DNA from: Promethearchaeota archaeon
GTDB taxonomy: Archaea > Asgardarchaeota > Lokiarchaeia > Sigyniarchaeales > SOKP01
Direction of reading: 5' to 3'
DNA: 64,000 nt
NCBI GenBank assembly: GCA_048938895.1
Contig: JBHLLU010000011.1
Coordinates: 1-64,000 of the forward strand
Positions 53,144 to 62,468 of the stretch are shown piece by piece. Position numbers and translations under genes: made by a program. A model generated the notes under the pieces. It was not told the DNA's origin. It did no database searches and worked only from the letters and a program-made list of their open reading frames with translations. Positions within the stretch are counted from its first letter, which is position 1. Each line of letters starts with the position of its first letter.

Positions 53144-55387
53144 TTGAATTATGATTTAATCAAGAACTTAGACAGGGATTTCGATTTTGACTGCATTAAC
53201 AAAAAAATCAAGGATTTAGAAGTTCTCTTATCTCAGAATGAGATTCACAGTAATATTCAATATAATGAATGGTTAAATGATTTTAAAAGAATATATGGGG
53301 AAATCGGGACCAATCTACGTTTGTATATCCAATATGCATTAATATATTTTATCGGAATTCTTTTCATTTCTAATTTTATTTTCCAAGAAGATATTAGGCA
53401 GTTAAATATAGAAAATTTGTTAAAAGAATTAAAAAAGTCTGAAGACCATATAAAATCAACTTTTAATGCGCAAGAGATAATTAATTTCGAATATTTTAAT
53501 CCTTTATTCTCGCTTTCAGAGAAAATAGATTTAAGTATTTTTAGTAAAATAATTTTAAACACATCAACATATCTATTTGAGTTAGATATCAATCCTGTTT
53601 ATATATTTGATTACATATTTCAAAAAATCATTTCCCCCATTATTAGGCATAAAAAGGGAGAATATTACACACCTCCTTTTTTAGTGAAGAAAATGGTCAA
53701 TAAATCATATTCCATAGGAGAAACAGTTCTAGATCCTTGCTGTGGTTCAGGAAACTTTCTTGTAGGAATTCTATTAAAAATATTTTCAAATAACATTGAT
53801 AAGGATGTGAAAATTGATGCAATAAATAAAATATGGGGATTTGATATTAACCCGATTTCGATTTATCTTTCAAAAATTAACATTTTATTCCTTACAAAAG
53901 ATCTTAATTCCAAAATTAAGCTTAATTTATATGTCAATGATTTCTTGTTTAATAAAAAGAAAGAATTAAAGGATAAATTTGATTTAGTAATAGGAAATCC
54001 TCCATGGTATACTTATAGAGACGTAGAATCTAAGGATTACCAGGAATCTTTAAAATTTCTTGCTGAAAGATTAGAAATTAAACCTCGACCAAAAAATATT
54101 TTGAATATGGAAGTCTCTACCTTATTTTTTTGTAATGCAATTTATTATATGAAGAATAATGCAAAAATCTTTTTTGTCATTACAAAAGGAGTAATTACTG
54201 GTTCACATGCCTCAAGATTTAGGTACTTTAAAGATTTTTCGGAAATTAAAATATGGTTATTTGATAAAGAATTAGAAAAAATTTTCAATATTGATTTTAT
54301 ATGCCTCTATGCTCATAAAACCCTAAATGTAGAAAAGGGAATTCAATATAAAATTCCAACCTATCATTTTATTTTGAAAAACAATGATGCAGATAAAGAG
54401 ATAACTTTGATATTAAAAAAAAAAGATGTGTTTGTTCCCTTTTCAATCGAAGAATATGGAGAAAAAATTTACATCAAAAAACTAATATCACCAGAGAAAA
54501 TGGAGAATTTATTACCATTAGGGGTGAGCTTCTATAAAGGACTCTTTCACAAAGGTGCTGATTTAAATCCTAGAAATTTAATATTTGTAAGTGAGCAATT
54601 TGTTAATGATTCCTTAGTTAAAATCAATCCTGATGATCGTATATTCAAACAATCTAAAATTCCATGGAATAAAAGAGAATTTGAAAATGAAATCATTGAA
54701 AAAAAATATATCTTCAAAGTAGTGAAAAGCACAGAATTAGTTAAATTTTCTGTGTATGACAGTTATAATGTCTTTTTACCTCTCTCCAAAAATGATTTGA
54801 GCTTTACATATGAAAATTTAGACCAAAATGCCAGAAATTTCTATGGGAAAATAAATAAAATATATCTCAAATATAAAAAAGAGACAACTACTCATAATTC
54901 TATAATGGAAAACCTTAATCGTTGGTCAAAATTAATCAACCCCAGACAATTATCAAAAATAAAAGTAGTTTATAATAACTCTGGTTCAATAATAAACTCT
55001 GCAGTGATACAAGGAAATTTCATAATTACAGGAGATCTCAGTTTTTTTGACACACCTAATCTTGATGAGGCTTATTATCTGTCAGCTGTGTTAAATTCAA
55101 ACATTTTAACAGAACAAATCAAGATAATGAAAAGTTCAAGACACATATTTAAGCTTCCTTTTAATGTACCCATTAAAAAATATGATACAGAAAATTTTAA
55201 TCATCGACAGTTAGCAAAATTAAGTAAAAAGGGACATGAAATTGCTTTATCCTCGATTAGTAATATTCTCATAAATAATAAAGAAAAGGCTTCTAAAATT
55301 AAGATTCAAAAGATATTAAATAAAGAATTAAAGCTTATCCTAAATCAAATTGATGAATTTGTGATTAAAGAATTAAATCCTCACTGA
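53144..55387 (+). CDS. Amino (probably N6-adenine) DNA methyltransferase, Type IIG/Eco57I-like M-TRD
   Basis: GEYYTP, LDPCCGSGNF (motif I), GFDINP, VIGNPPW (motif IV), YYLSAVLNS TRD-like C-terminus. Confidence 0.9.
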   Translation: MNYDLIKNLDRDFDFDCINKKIKDLEVLLSQNEIHSNIQYNEWLNDFKRIYGEIGTNLRLYIQYALIYFIGILFISNFIFQEDIRQLNIENLLKELKKSEDHIKSTFNAQEIINFEYFNPLFSLSEKIDLSIFSKIILNTSTYLFELDINPVYIFDYIFQKIISPIIRHKKGEYYTPPFLVKKMVNKSYSIGETVLDPCCGSGNFLVGILLKIFSNNIDKDVKIDAINKIWGFDINPISIYLSKINILFLTKDLNSKIKLNLYVNDFLFNKKKELKDKFDLVIGNPPWYTYRDVESKDYQESLKFLAERLEIKPRPKNILNMEVSTLFFCNAIYYMKNNAKIFFVITKGVITGSHASRFRYFKDFSEIKIWLFDKELEKIFNIDFICLYAHKTLNVEKGIQYKIPTYHFILKNNDADKEITLILKKKDVFVPFSIEEYGEKIYIKKLISPEKMENLLPLGVSFYKGLFHKGADLNPRNLIFVSEQFVNDSLVKINPDDRIFKQSKIPWNKREFENEIIEKKYIFKVVKSTELVKFSVYDSYNVFLPLSKNDLSFTYENLDQNARNFYGKINKIYLKYKKETTTHNSIMENLNRWSKLINPRQLSKIKVVYNNSGSIINSAVIQGNFIITGDLSFFDTPNLDEAYYLSAVLNSNILTEQIKIMKSSRHIFKLPFNVPIKKYDTENFNHRQLAKLSKKGHEIALSSISNILINNKEKASKIKIQKILNKELKLILNQIDEFVIKELNPH

Positions 55388-55552
55388 ACCTAAAAATAAA
55401 TAAAAATGATTGAAGTTAAATAGAATCTAATTCACTAGTATGAATAATTATTAAAATTATTTGAAATGTATAAATTTGAAGTATCAAAATTAATAGGTGA
55501 TTTAATTTTTATAATATATTAAATTCCCAATCAAAACAAACCATCAATATTC

Positions 55553-56071
55553 ATGCGTAATTTTCTCTTTAAAGTGCTCATTTGTGGTGAAGGTGGAGTT
55601 GGTAAAACCTCACTTTTAAGACGATATGTAGATGGTTTCTTTGATGAAAGTACAATTATGACCGTCGGCGTCGAGTTCTTCGTCAAAGAAATTATATTCG
55701 ATGATATTCGTTGTTCACTTCAACTTTGGGATTTAGGGGGTCAAAAAAGATTTAGATATCTGATTGAAAATTATGTGATGGGAGCGCGTGGCGCTATTCT
55801 ATTAGTAGATCTAACCAATATGCCTAAAATAGGGGATATATTAGAATGGGTAAATATAGCCAGACTTCATGACATAAATTTACCAATTGTACTGGTTGGA
55901 TCCAAATTTGATTTAGAAGATTTTATTGCTATTGATGACGATAGTGCTCAACATATTAAAAATACATTTAATATACTAGATTATATAAAGACTTCTGCTA
56001 AATCGGGTCATAATATTGAAAAACCATTTGAAATTCTAACAAAAAGATTAATTAAAATTAGTAAATATTAA
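55553..56071 (+). CDS. Rab-like small GTPase
   Basis: G1 GEGGVGKT, G2 TVGVEF, G3 WDLGGQ, G4 SKFD, G5 TSAK; no prenylation tail. Confidence 0.93.
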   Translation: MRNFLFKVLICGEGGVGKTSLLRRYVDGFFDESTIMTVGVEFFVKEIIFDDIRCSLQLWDLGGQKRFRYLIENYVMGARGAILLVDLTNMPKIGDILEWVNIARLHDINLPIVLVGSKFDLEDFIAIDDDSAQHIKNTFNILDYIKTSAKSGHNIEKPFEILTKRLIKISKY

Positions 56072-56087
56072 GCACAGTTTTGAATTT

Positions 56088-56894
56088 ATGAATGATGAAC
56101 TAGTTATCCTTGGATCTGGTGGGGGTAGACACCATATTCGGACTCAGCATCGGGCTACAGGAGGATTTCTCTTTAAATTTAATGGAAATCAAGCCCATGT
56201 TGATCCTGGACCAGGAGCTATTGTACGACTCAATCAATTCAAGGAAGATCCAACAAAGACTGGATTATTTATTGTAACTCATGCTCATGTTGATCATTAC
56301 AATGATATAAGTGCAATTATAGAAAGTTCAAGAGAGATGTTGCATGATAGAAATTATAATTATTACAAAAAAGGAGTTTTAGTTACTACACCAGAAGTTA
56401 TTGGGCTAATTTCAGAGTATCATCTTAACATGCTTGAAAAAGTAGTGAAATTTAAAGCTGGTGATAAGCTGGATTATAAAAACATAGAAATCATAGGAAC
56501 TAAAGTTATCCACTCACCTGCTAATGAGGGATTCGGCATAATTTTTAAACTTAAAGAATATTCTCTAGCTTTCACTAGTGATACAATGGTATTTAACGAT
56601 TTTGCGAAACAATATTCAGGAGTAAACATCCTTATTCTAAATCTTTTAAGACCAAATTCAGTTACATGCAAAAGACATGCGTGTACGGATGAGGTTATTC
56701 CATATCTAAATAGGATTGAACCGTCTCTAAATAGCTTAATCATCACTCACTTTGGATCAATGATGGATGGCCCTCGCTCTGCAAAAAATCACGTCCCAAG
56801 TCAAGTAAAAAAATTAACACAGAACACTAAAATAAAACACGTCCTCGCAGCTGAAGATGGTTTAAAAATAAAAATTAATAAATTATTAGGTTAA
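56088..56894 (+). CDS. Metallo-beta-lactamase fold hydrolase
   Basis: ILGSGGG, VDPGPG, THAHVDH, FTSDT, ITHFG. Confidence 0.92.
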   Translation: MNDELVILGSGGGRHHIRTQHRATGGFLFKFNGNQAHVDPGPGAIVRLNQFKEDPTKTGLFIVTHAHVDHYNDISAIIESSREMLHDRNYNYYKKGVLVTTPEVIGLISEYHLNMLEKVVKFKAGDKLDYKNIEIIGTKVIHSPANEGFGIIFKLKEYSLAFTSDTMVFNDFAKQYSGVNILILNLLRPNSVTCKRHACTDEVIPYLNRIEPSLNSLIITHFGSMMDGPRSAKNHVPSQVKKLTQNTKIKHVLAAEDGLKIKINKLLG

Positions 56895-57038
56895 ATTTTT
56901 TGTGGTTGTTTTTATTAGATTTTTTTTGACATTTTTGTTGTAAAAATATGTAGTTTTTATGTAAATTCTTTTTCCGTTATATTAGAACATATATAAAATA
57001 TAATCAGTTCATTTTTAAGTTAATAATCCTATTACAAT

Positions 57039-57163
57039 GTAGGAAGGGAAATTTAAAAAAAGAATTCTGCGCTCAACATTGGATTTCGCCCTCTATTAAA
57101 CTCTCTGAGTTTAATTCTCTCCCTGATTTTATTAATTTTGGCGTAGACTTCTCTTCCCTTACC
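57039..57163 (+). ncRNA. Candidate structured RNA of unknown class
   Basis: Nested stems 57042-57050/57149-57157 and 57066-57072/57141-57147 (G-U wobbles only on the + strand); perfect 9-bp hairpin 57095-57115; T-rich tail. Confidence 0.4.
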
Positions 57164-57270
57164 TTTTCTTAAAATTAATCTCAGAGAAGCAATATTTATT
57201 ATTATTAATTTTAGATTAGACTATCATAGTAAGAGGAAAAAGAGCAAAAATTATAAAATTCTCAATAATG

Positions 57271-57429
57271 TTAATTGGTAGAGATCCAATGCCGACAAAC
57301 GATACATTGAAGGATCTTTTGAAATTCGATCTTCTTAGAATTGTTGGTTCGAATTTTTCTCTGGATCATCACGTTACCGCATTTGGTACATATAGTCAAG
57401 TCTTTTGGTTTTAACTTGTGTACGGTCAC
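57271..57429 (-). CDS. 52-aa zinc-ribbon microprotein (not in ORF track)
   Basis: GTG start after GTGAT SD-like; MTVHKLKPKDLTICTKCGNVMIQRKIRTNNSKKIEFQKILQCIVCRHWISTN*. Confidence 0.78.
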   Translation of the reverse strand: MTVHKLKPKDLTICTKCGNVMIQRKIRTNNSKKIEFQKILQCIVCRHWISTN

Positions 57430-57589
57430 GTATGAGATCACAATAAGCTGATTATTTTAATAAAGATTTATCTATCTGTTTTTCCTGACAAAATTGCCAT
57501 TTACCGATAAACCAACCCTTATTTAGATATTAATAGCTCTTTAATTATTTAAATATGTGTTTAAGTAAAGATTGTCTGGATTATGCTTT

Positions 57590-58489
57590 TTACTTTTTAT
57601 TATTGTCTATATTTTTAAGGACTACTATGATAATAGCGATAAAGATTAACCCACAACCCATCCAGCCTAATATAGATAAAATAACGCCTCCAATAAGGAA
57701 ATCAAATAATACAGCAAACACAGGTTCTAAAGAAAAAATAATTGCTGTTTGAGTTGCACTTATGTATTGTTGACTCCAATTTTGAAACAAGATTGTTAAT
57801 GTCATTACAATTATTCCCATATAAATCATAATTAGCCATAAAGTTGGAGAAAATGATAGATTCCCATAGGTTTCTTGAATCAAAAATGAAAAGATGAAAC
57901 CCGTAGCACATATTACTATTATTTGAACAATTGAATAACTATAAATATCTACCAACCTAACAAATTTATCATTATATATAATATAAAATGCCCAGAAAAA
58001 AGCGCAGACTATGACGATTAAATCCCCTATTATTATCCCGGACTCACTTTCTATTAATAAAAAAGCCATCCCTACAATAGATAAGACAACTGCAATCCAA
58101 ATTCTTTTATTTATTGGTTTTTTGAAGCCAAGCCAAGCGATAAATGGGACAATTATAACACTCAATCCAGTTATAAATCCTGTTTTTCCTGCAGTTGTTG
58201 TTTGAAGGCCTACAGTTTGAATAGCAAAACCAAAAAAGTAAAGCATCCCTGTCCCAAAACTCATGAAAAAAATTTGTTTGTTAAGGTGTTTCAAATGTGG
58301 GAAGAATGGCATGAATCCTATAAGGGCGATTGCAAATCTTAGACCAATATAAAAGAAGATTGGAATGTCTTGTGTAAGATTTTTTGTAAAAACAAAAGAT
58401 GTACCCCATAATACTGTAGTTAAAATTAGTAAAACTATAGCAAATATACGGATTTTAGATGATCTTAGTGTGGGTGTATTTTCTGCCAT
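57590..58489 (-). CDS. DMT/EamA family transporter
   Basis: LWGTSF, GLRFAIA, QTVGLQTTTAGK, SLEPVFA; about 10 TM. Confidence 0.93.
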   Translation of the reverse strand: MAENTPTLRSSKIRIFAIVLLILTTVLWGTSFVFTKNLTQDIPIFFYIGLRFAIALIGFMPFFPHLKHLNKQIFFMSFGTGMLYFFGFAIQTVGLQTTTAGKTGFITGLSVIIVPFIAWLGFKKPINKRIWIAVVLSIVGMAFLLIESESGIIIGDLIVIVCAFFWAFYIIYNDKFVRLVDIYSYSIVQIIVICATGFIFSFLIQETYGNLSFSPTLWLIMIYMGIIVMTLTILFQNWSQQYISATQTAIIFSLEPVFAVLFDFLIGGVILSILGWMGCGLIFIAIIIVVLKNIDNNKK

Positions 58490-58591
58490 AGTCTTGTTAT
58501 ATAAGGTTTAGGTAATTATTGAAAATAAACCAACAATTTAAATCATTCTAAGTAATAAATTTTAAACTACAACTGATATATAATTAATTCT

Positions 58592-58678
58592 ACGATATAG
58601 TCTAATTATATCGTTTTAGAATATTCTATGCAATAATTGCATAAATCATATGTTGAATATTTATATTTAATATATTCA
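58592..58678. promoter_or_regulatory. Three consecutive inverted repeats in a divergent promoter region
   Basis: ACGATATA-N7-TATATCGT (58592-58614), TATGCAAT-A-ATTGCATA (58627-58643), TGAATAT-N11-ATATTCA (58654-58678). Confidence 0.5.
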
Positions 58679-58739
58679 TATAAAATTCAATTTATGGATT
58701 TTCAACTAGTTTGTATTTTATTCAAAAAATGGTGGTATT

Positions 58740-60212
58740 TTGACTAAAACCTATTCTGAAATTAATGAAAAAATTAAAAATGGTAATGCTGTGGTATTAA
58801 CAGCTGAGGAAATGGTTAAATACGTAGAAGAGAATGGAGTAAAAGTTGCTGCAGAAGAGATTGATGTTGTAACAACAGGAACCTTTGGTCCTATGTGTTC
58901 CAGTGGTGCATTTTTGAATTTTGGGCATTCAGATCCTCCTATTAAATTTGAACACTTGTGGTTAAATGATGTACACGCCTATCATGGTAATGCGGCTGTT
59001 GATTGCTATATTGGCTGTACTAGGTTATCAGATGTAAAGCGTTTTGAATATGGTGGTGCTCATGTGATTGAGGATCTTGTTGCTGGAAGATCCATACGAT
59101 TAAGAGGAAATTCTTATACAACTGACTGTTATCCTCTCGCAGAAGTAGATACAGAATTTACTATAAACGAAATTAATCAGGCAATTTTATGTAACCCACG
59201 AAATGCATATCAAAGATATGTCTGTGCTGTGAATAGCTCTGATAAAACAATGTATACTTATATGGGAAAATTATTACCTCATTTTGGGAATGCTCATTAT
59301 GCAGGAGCAGGATGCTTAAGTCCATTAAGTAACGATCCTGATTATGAAACAATAGGGATTGGGACTAGAATTTTCTTAGGTGGAGGAATTGGATATATAA
59401 TTGGTGAAGGCACCCAACACAGCCCATCTAGTCAATTTGGAACTTTATTCGTCAAGGGAGATCTAAAACAGATGTCTGCTGAATACTTACGGGGTGTATC
59501 TTATGAAAATTACGGTACATCTTTATTTGTAGGACTTGGAATACCTATCCCAATTTTAAATGAAGGGTTAGCTCAAAAAACCGCTATTAGTGATGAAGAA
59601 CTTTTTACAGATGTGGTAGATTATGGAATACCAAGAAGGGATCGTCCAAAATTAAAACAGATTAGCTATAAAGAATTAAAGAGTGATTATATAGAATTGG
59701 AGGGAAAAAAAGTAAGGTGTTCATCATTATCTTCATTATATTATTCTCGTAAAATAGCAAACACCCTTAAAAAGTGGATAGAGGATGGAAAATTTTATTT
59801 AAATCCACCTGCTGAAACATTACCTACAGATACAATCTTTAGGCCAATGAAACAAAGCATAAAGTTGAAATTCGTAAAGGATCTAAAGAAAAAAGCTGAA
59901 ATTTGTTATGAAGATTGTGATATAAAAGAGGTTGCTCAAAAAATCATCAGGGAGAATGTAAACCACATCGTAATAACCGACAAAGAAAATAACCTAAAAG
60001 GAATTGTCACCAGTTTTGATATTACTAAAGCAATTGCAAATGAAAAAAATGATTTAAGTTCCATTGTCACTAAGCGTGTAATCACTACATTTAATGATGA
60101 ACCAATAGGGAATGCTGCTAGAAAAATGAAACAGAATAATATTTCTGCATTACCTGTTATTGATAAAAATAGAAAAGTTGTTGGAATAATTACATCGGAG
60201 GAGTTGATGTAA
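58740..60212 (+). CDS. Aspartate-semialdehyde sulfurtransferase (DUF39 + CBS pair; MJ0100/MA1821-like homocysteine biosynthesis)
   Basis: DVVTTGTFGPMCSSGAFLNFGHSDPP, NPRNAYQ, TIGIGTRIFLGG, C-terminal CBS pair. Confidence 0.93.
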   Translation: MTKTYSEINEKIKNGNAVVLTAEEMVKYVEENGVKVAAEEIDVVTTGTFGPMCSSGAFLNFGHSDPPIKFEHLWLNDVHAYHGNAAVDCYIGCTRLSDVKRFEYGGAHVIEDLVAGRSIRLRGNSYTTDCYPLAEVDTEFTINEINQAILCNPRNAYQRYVCAVNSSDKTMYTYMGKLLPHFGNAHYAGAGCLSPLSNDPDYETIGIGTRIFLGGGIGYIIGEGTQHSPSSQFGTLFVKGDLKQMSAEYLRGVSYENYGTSLFVGLGIPIPILNEGLAQKTAISDEELFTDVVDYGIPRRDRPKLKQISYKELKSDYIELEGKKVRCSSLSSLYYSRKIANTLKKWIEDGKFYLNPPAETLPTDTIFRPMKQSIKLKFVKDLKKKAEICYEDCDIKEVAQKIIRENVNHIVITDKENNLKGIVTSFDITKAIANEKNDLSSIVTKRVITTFNDEPIGNAARKMKQNNISALPVIDKNRKVVGIITSEELM

Positions 60213-60214
60213 AA

Positions 60215-60610
60215 ATGACAATAATTAATATTTCTATTCCCTTCGGATTGGTTAAGGATATTGATGATTATTCGAAAGTGGTTAATGATATTTTGAAACA
60301 TGATATCACTTTTAATATCCTAAAGTTTTCTACTGGCTCAGTGGGAATAAATTTATTGCTGGATATACCTGAAGAAAAAGTAAAAACAATAACTGAGTCA
60401 TTGATAAAGAGTAATATTATTGTAAACAAAAAAGGAAGAGTAATTGTAGACATTGAAAGATGTATAGACTGTGGTGCATGTATATCTCTATGTCCTACAG
60501 ATGCTTTACATTTCAATGGTGAAGAGAGATTGGAATTCTCCTATGAAAAATGTATTGGTTGTTTATTATGCATAGATTCATGTCCAAGGTATGCAATTGA
60601 AGAAATGTAA
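60215..60610 (+). CDS. NIL domain + 2[4Fe-4S] ferredoxin (MA1822-like partner)
   Basis: FNILK NIL-like N-terminus; CIDCGACISLCP and CIGCLLCIDSCP; starts 2 nt after the DUF39 stop. Confidence 0.9.
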   Translation: MTIINISIPFGLVKDIDDYSKVVNDILKHDITFNILKFSTGSVGINLLLDIPEEKVKTITESLIKSNIIVNKKGRVIVDIERCIDCGACISLCPTDALHFNGEERLEFSYEKCIGCLLCIDSCPRYAIEEM

Positions 60611-60617
60611 ATCTAAA

Positions 60618-61766
60618 TCAAGATTTTTTGTTTAATGGGAGATGGACATAAAAAGTGGTTCCTTCTTTTTTTGTAGATTGAAAATCTACATGTCCTCCCA
60701 GATATCGTTCTGTAAGCAACTTCACACTATATGTTCCTATTCCTCTTCCTGGTCCTTTAGTCGAGAAGGATCTTTGAAAGATCTGACTTTTTACACTTTC
60801 TGTCATAACACCAGAATTTTCAACCCTAAAAGTTATTTTTTGATTTGTAATTCTAGTCCCTATTTTTACGGTTTCACCAGGTTTACTAGCCTCCAATGCA
60901 TTTTCAATTAGATTTATCAGAATTCGAGATAAAAGGCTAGAATCTGTTTGAAACATAACTGATGTAGAATTATTGTCAAGTTCAACTAATTTATCTTTAA
61001 TGATATCCTTCGAATTCATAAGATCTATAGTTGATTGTAAAATATCTAAAGAATAATGGTTTTTAAGGTCTATTATGAGTTCGCTGTTTTCAGCCGCTAT
61101 CAGATCCCTTTGAGTTAAAAACTCTTCAACCATAATATGAATAGATTTCTTTATTCGACTGAAGTATTCGTTTTGAGTTGAATTTAAACCTTCTATGGGA
61201 AAAAGCTCAATTAAACCTTTTACAACTGTTAATAAATTTATTAAATCATGTAGAAAAGTCTTCTCTAATAGTTCTCGACGCTTTAGATTGCTAATATCTG
61301 AGAGGAAAACCATTACAAATACTTTATTCATTAAATTGAATGGCTGGGCTATGATATTCAAATCAAATGAAATTAAATTTCCCTTGAAGTTAGATGTAAT
61401 ACGACTCTCACAACTTATTCTCTTATTCGTTTTCAAGCTCTCAAGTACCGCATTTACAGCACCACAATATCGACAAGCTTGACCAGTACCACATCCATGG
61501 ATAAAATCTTTTGAATGAATGCAATTAAATATTTCTCCTGGTCTTGAACCCATTGCCTCTTCAATATTTTTAATACCTAACATCTGAATAATTTTTTGAT
61601 TTAAAAACACCGCTTGGCGCTCTTCATTAACAATAAGTACCATATTCGGTATCATATTGAGAATCTCTTCAAAATTGGTATTAAAAATTTCTTTTATTTC
61701 CTCTCTAATTTCTTCAAGACTCTTACGTTTTGCAGGAGCATAATAAGTATCTAGTTCTTTCTTCAT
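60618..61766 (-). CDS. PAS-domain sensor histidine kinase
   Basis: PAS with CIHS..GCGTGQACRYC; H-box FLHDLIN; N-box NLIENALEA; FSTKGPGRGIGTY G-box. Confidence 0.92.
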   Translation of the reverse strand: MKKELDTYYAPAKRKSLEEIREEIKEIFNTNFEEILNMIPNMVLIVNEERQAVFLNQKIIQMLGIKNIEEAMGSRPGEIFNCIHSKDFIHGCGTGQACRYCGAVNAVLESLKTNKRISCESRITSNFKGNLISFDLNIIAQPFNLMNKVFVMVFLSDISNLKRRELLEKTFLHDLINLLTVVKGLIELFPIEGLNSTQNEYFSRIKKSIHIMVEEFLTQRDLIAAENSELIIDLKNHYSLDILQSTIDLMNSKDIIKDKLVELDNNSTSVMFQTDSSLLSRILINLIENALEASKPGETVKIGTRITNQKITFRVENSGVMTESVKSQIFQRSFSTKGPGRGIGTYSVKLLTERYLGGHVDFQSTKKEGTTFYVHLPLNKKS

Positions 61767-61922
61767 AAATCATAAATGTAGAGGAAGAACTTTTTTTTAA
61801 GTTTTTAGTTATAATATGTTTGAATAATTTATTGGAATTACATGTAATAAGTTGCAAAATGGCAAAAGATTTTTAATTCAAGAGACTTTGATACTTTAAA
61901 TTACAATTAACATTGAATTTTT

Positions 61923-62420
61923 ATGAAAATTAGAACTAATCTTTGGATCTTGTATTTTATTGGTGCAATATTAATATTGGTTTCAATTTTAACTCCAACC
62001 AGTTATAATGATTCAGGTTTTCCAACATATTATGTTTGGATGATGCAAATTGGTGTTGATGTTGATCCAGAAGCAATTTATCTTCTTAGAACAGATATAC
62101 CACTTGTTATTTTTTCCACGATACTTGCTATAGTTATTTTCTCTAGTTCTTTAATAGCGATTACACTTGCTAGTACATATATTCGTGCTTCACTTAATTA
62201 TAAGAAACTTAGATGGAAAATGATAATACTTGCGTGTACTGTAATAATATCGACTTTATGGTGGATTTTAATGATGGAATTTTTTTATAATGATGCTGGT
62301 TATAATCATTGGAGCTTTACTGGGGGAGGTTATAAACCATTTCTAGGAGTGATTGGTCCTTTTATTGGAGCAGTATTAATGATTATAGGGTCTTTTTGGA
62401 GAAGAGAGCATGGAGAGTGA
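61923..62420 (+). CDS. Four-TM hypothetical membrane protein
   Basis: Four hydrophobic helices. Confidence 0.75.
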   Translation: MKIRTNLWILYFIGAILILVSILTPTSYNDSGFPTYYVWMMQIGVDVDPEAIYLLRTDIPLVIFSTILAIVIFSSSLIAITLASTYIRASLNYKKLRWKMIILACTVIISTLWWILMMEFFYNDAGYNHWSFTGGGYKPFLGVIGPFIGAVLMIIGSFWRREHGE

Positions 62421-62468
62421 ATTTTCTATTCAACTTTATTTTCCTTTTATTTTTAAATATATTGATCA

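Noticed and set aside
57053-57170. Minus-strand open frame RKGKGREVYAKINKIRERIKLREFNRGRNPMLSAEFFF
   Set aside because: No ATG/GTG/TTG start upstream before an in-frame stop; the stem pattern favours a + strand RNA
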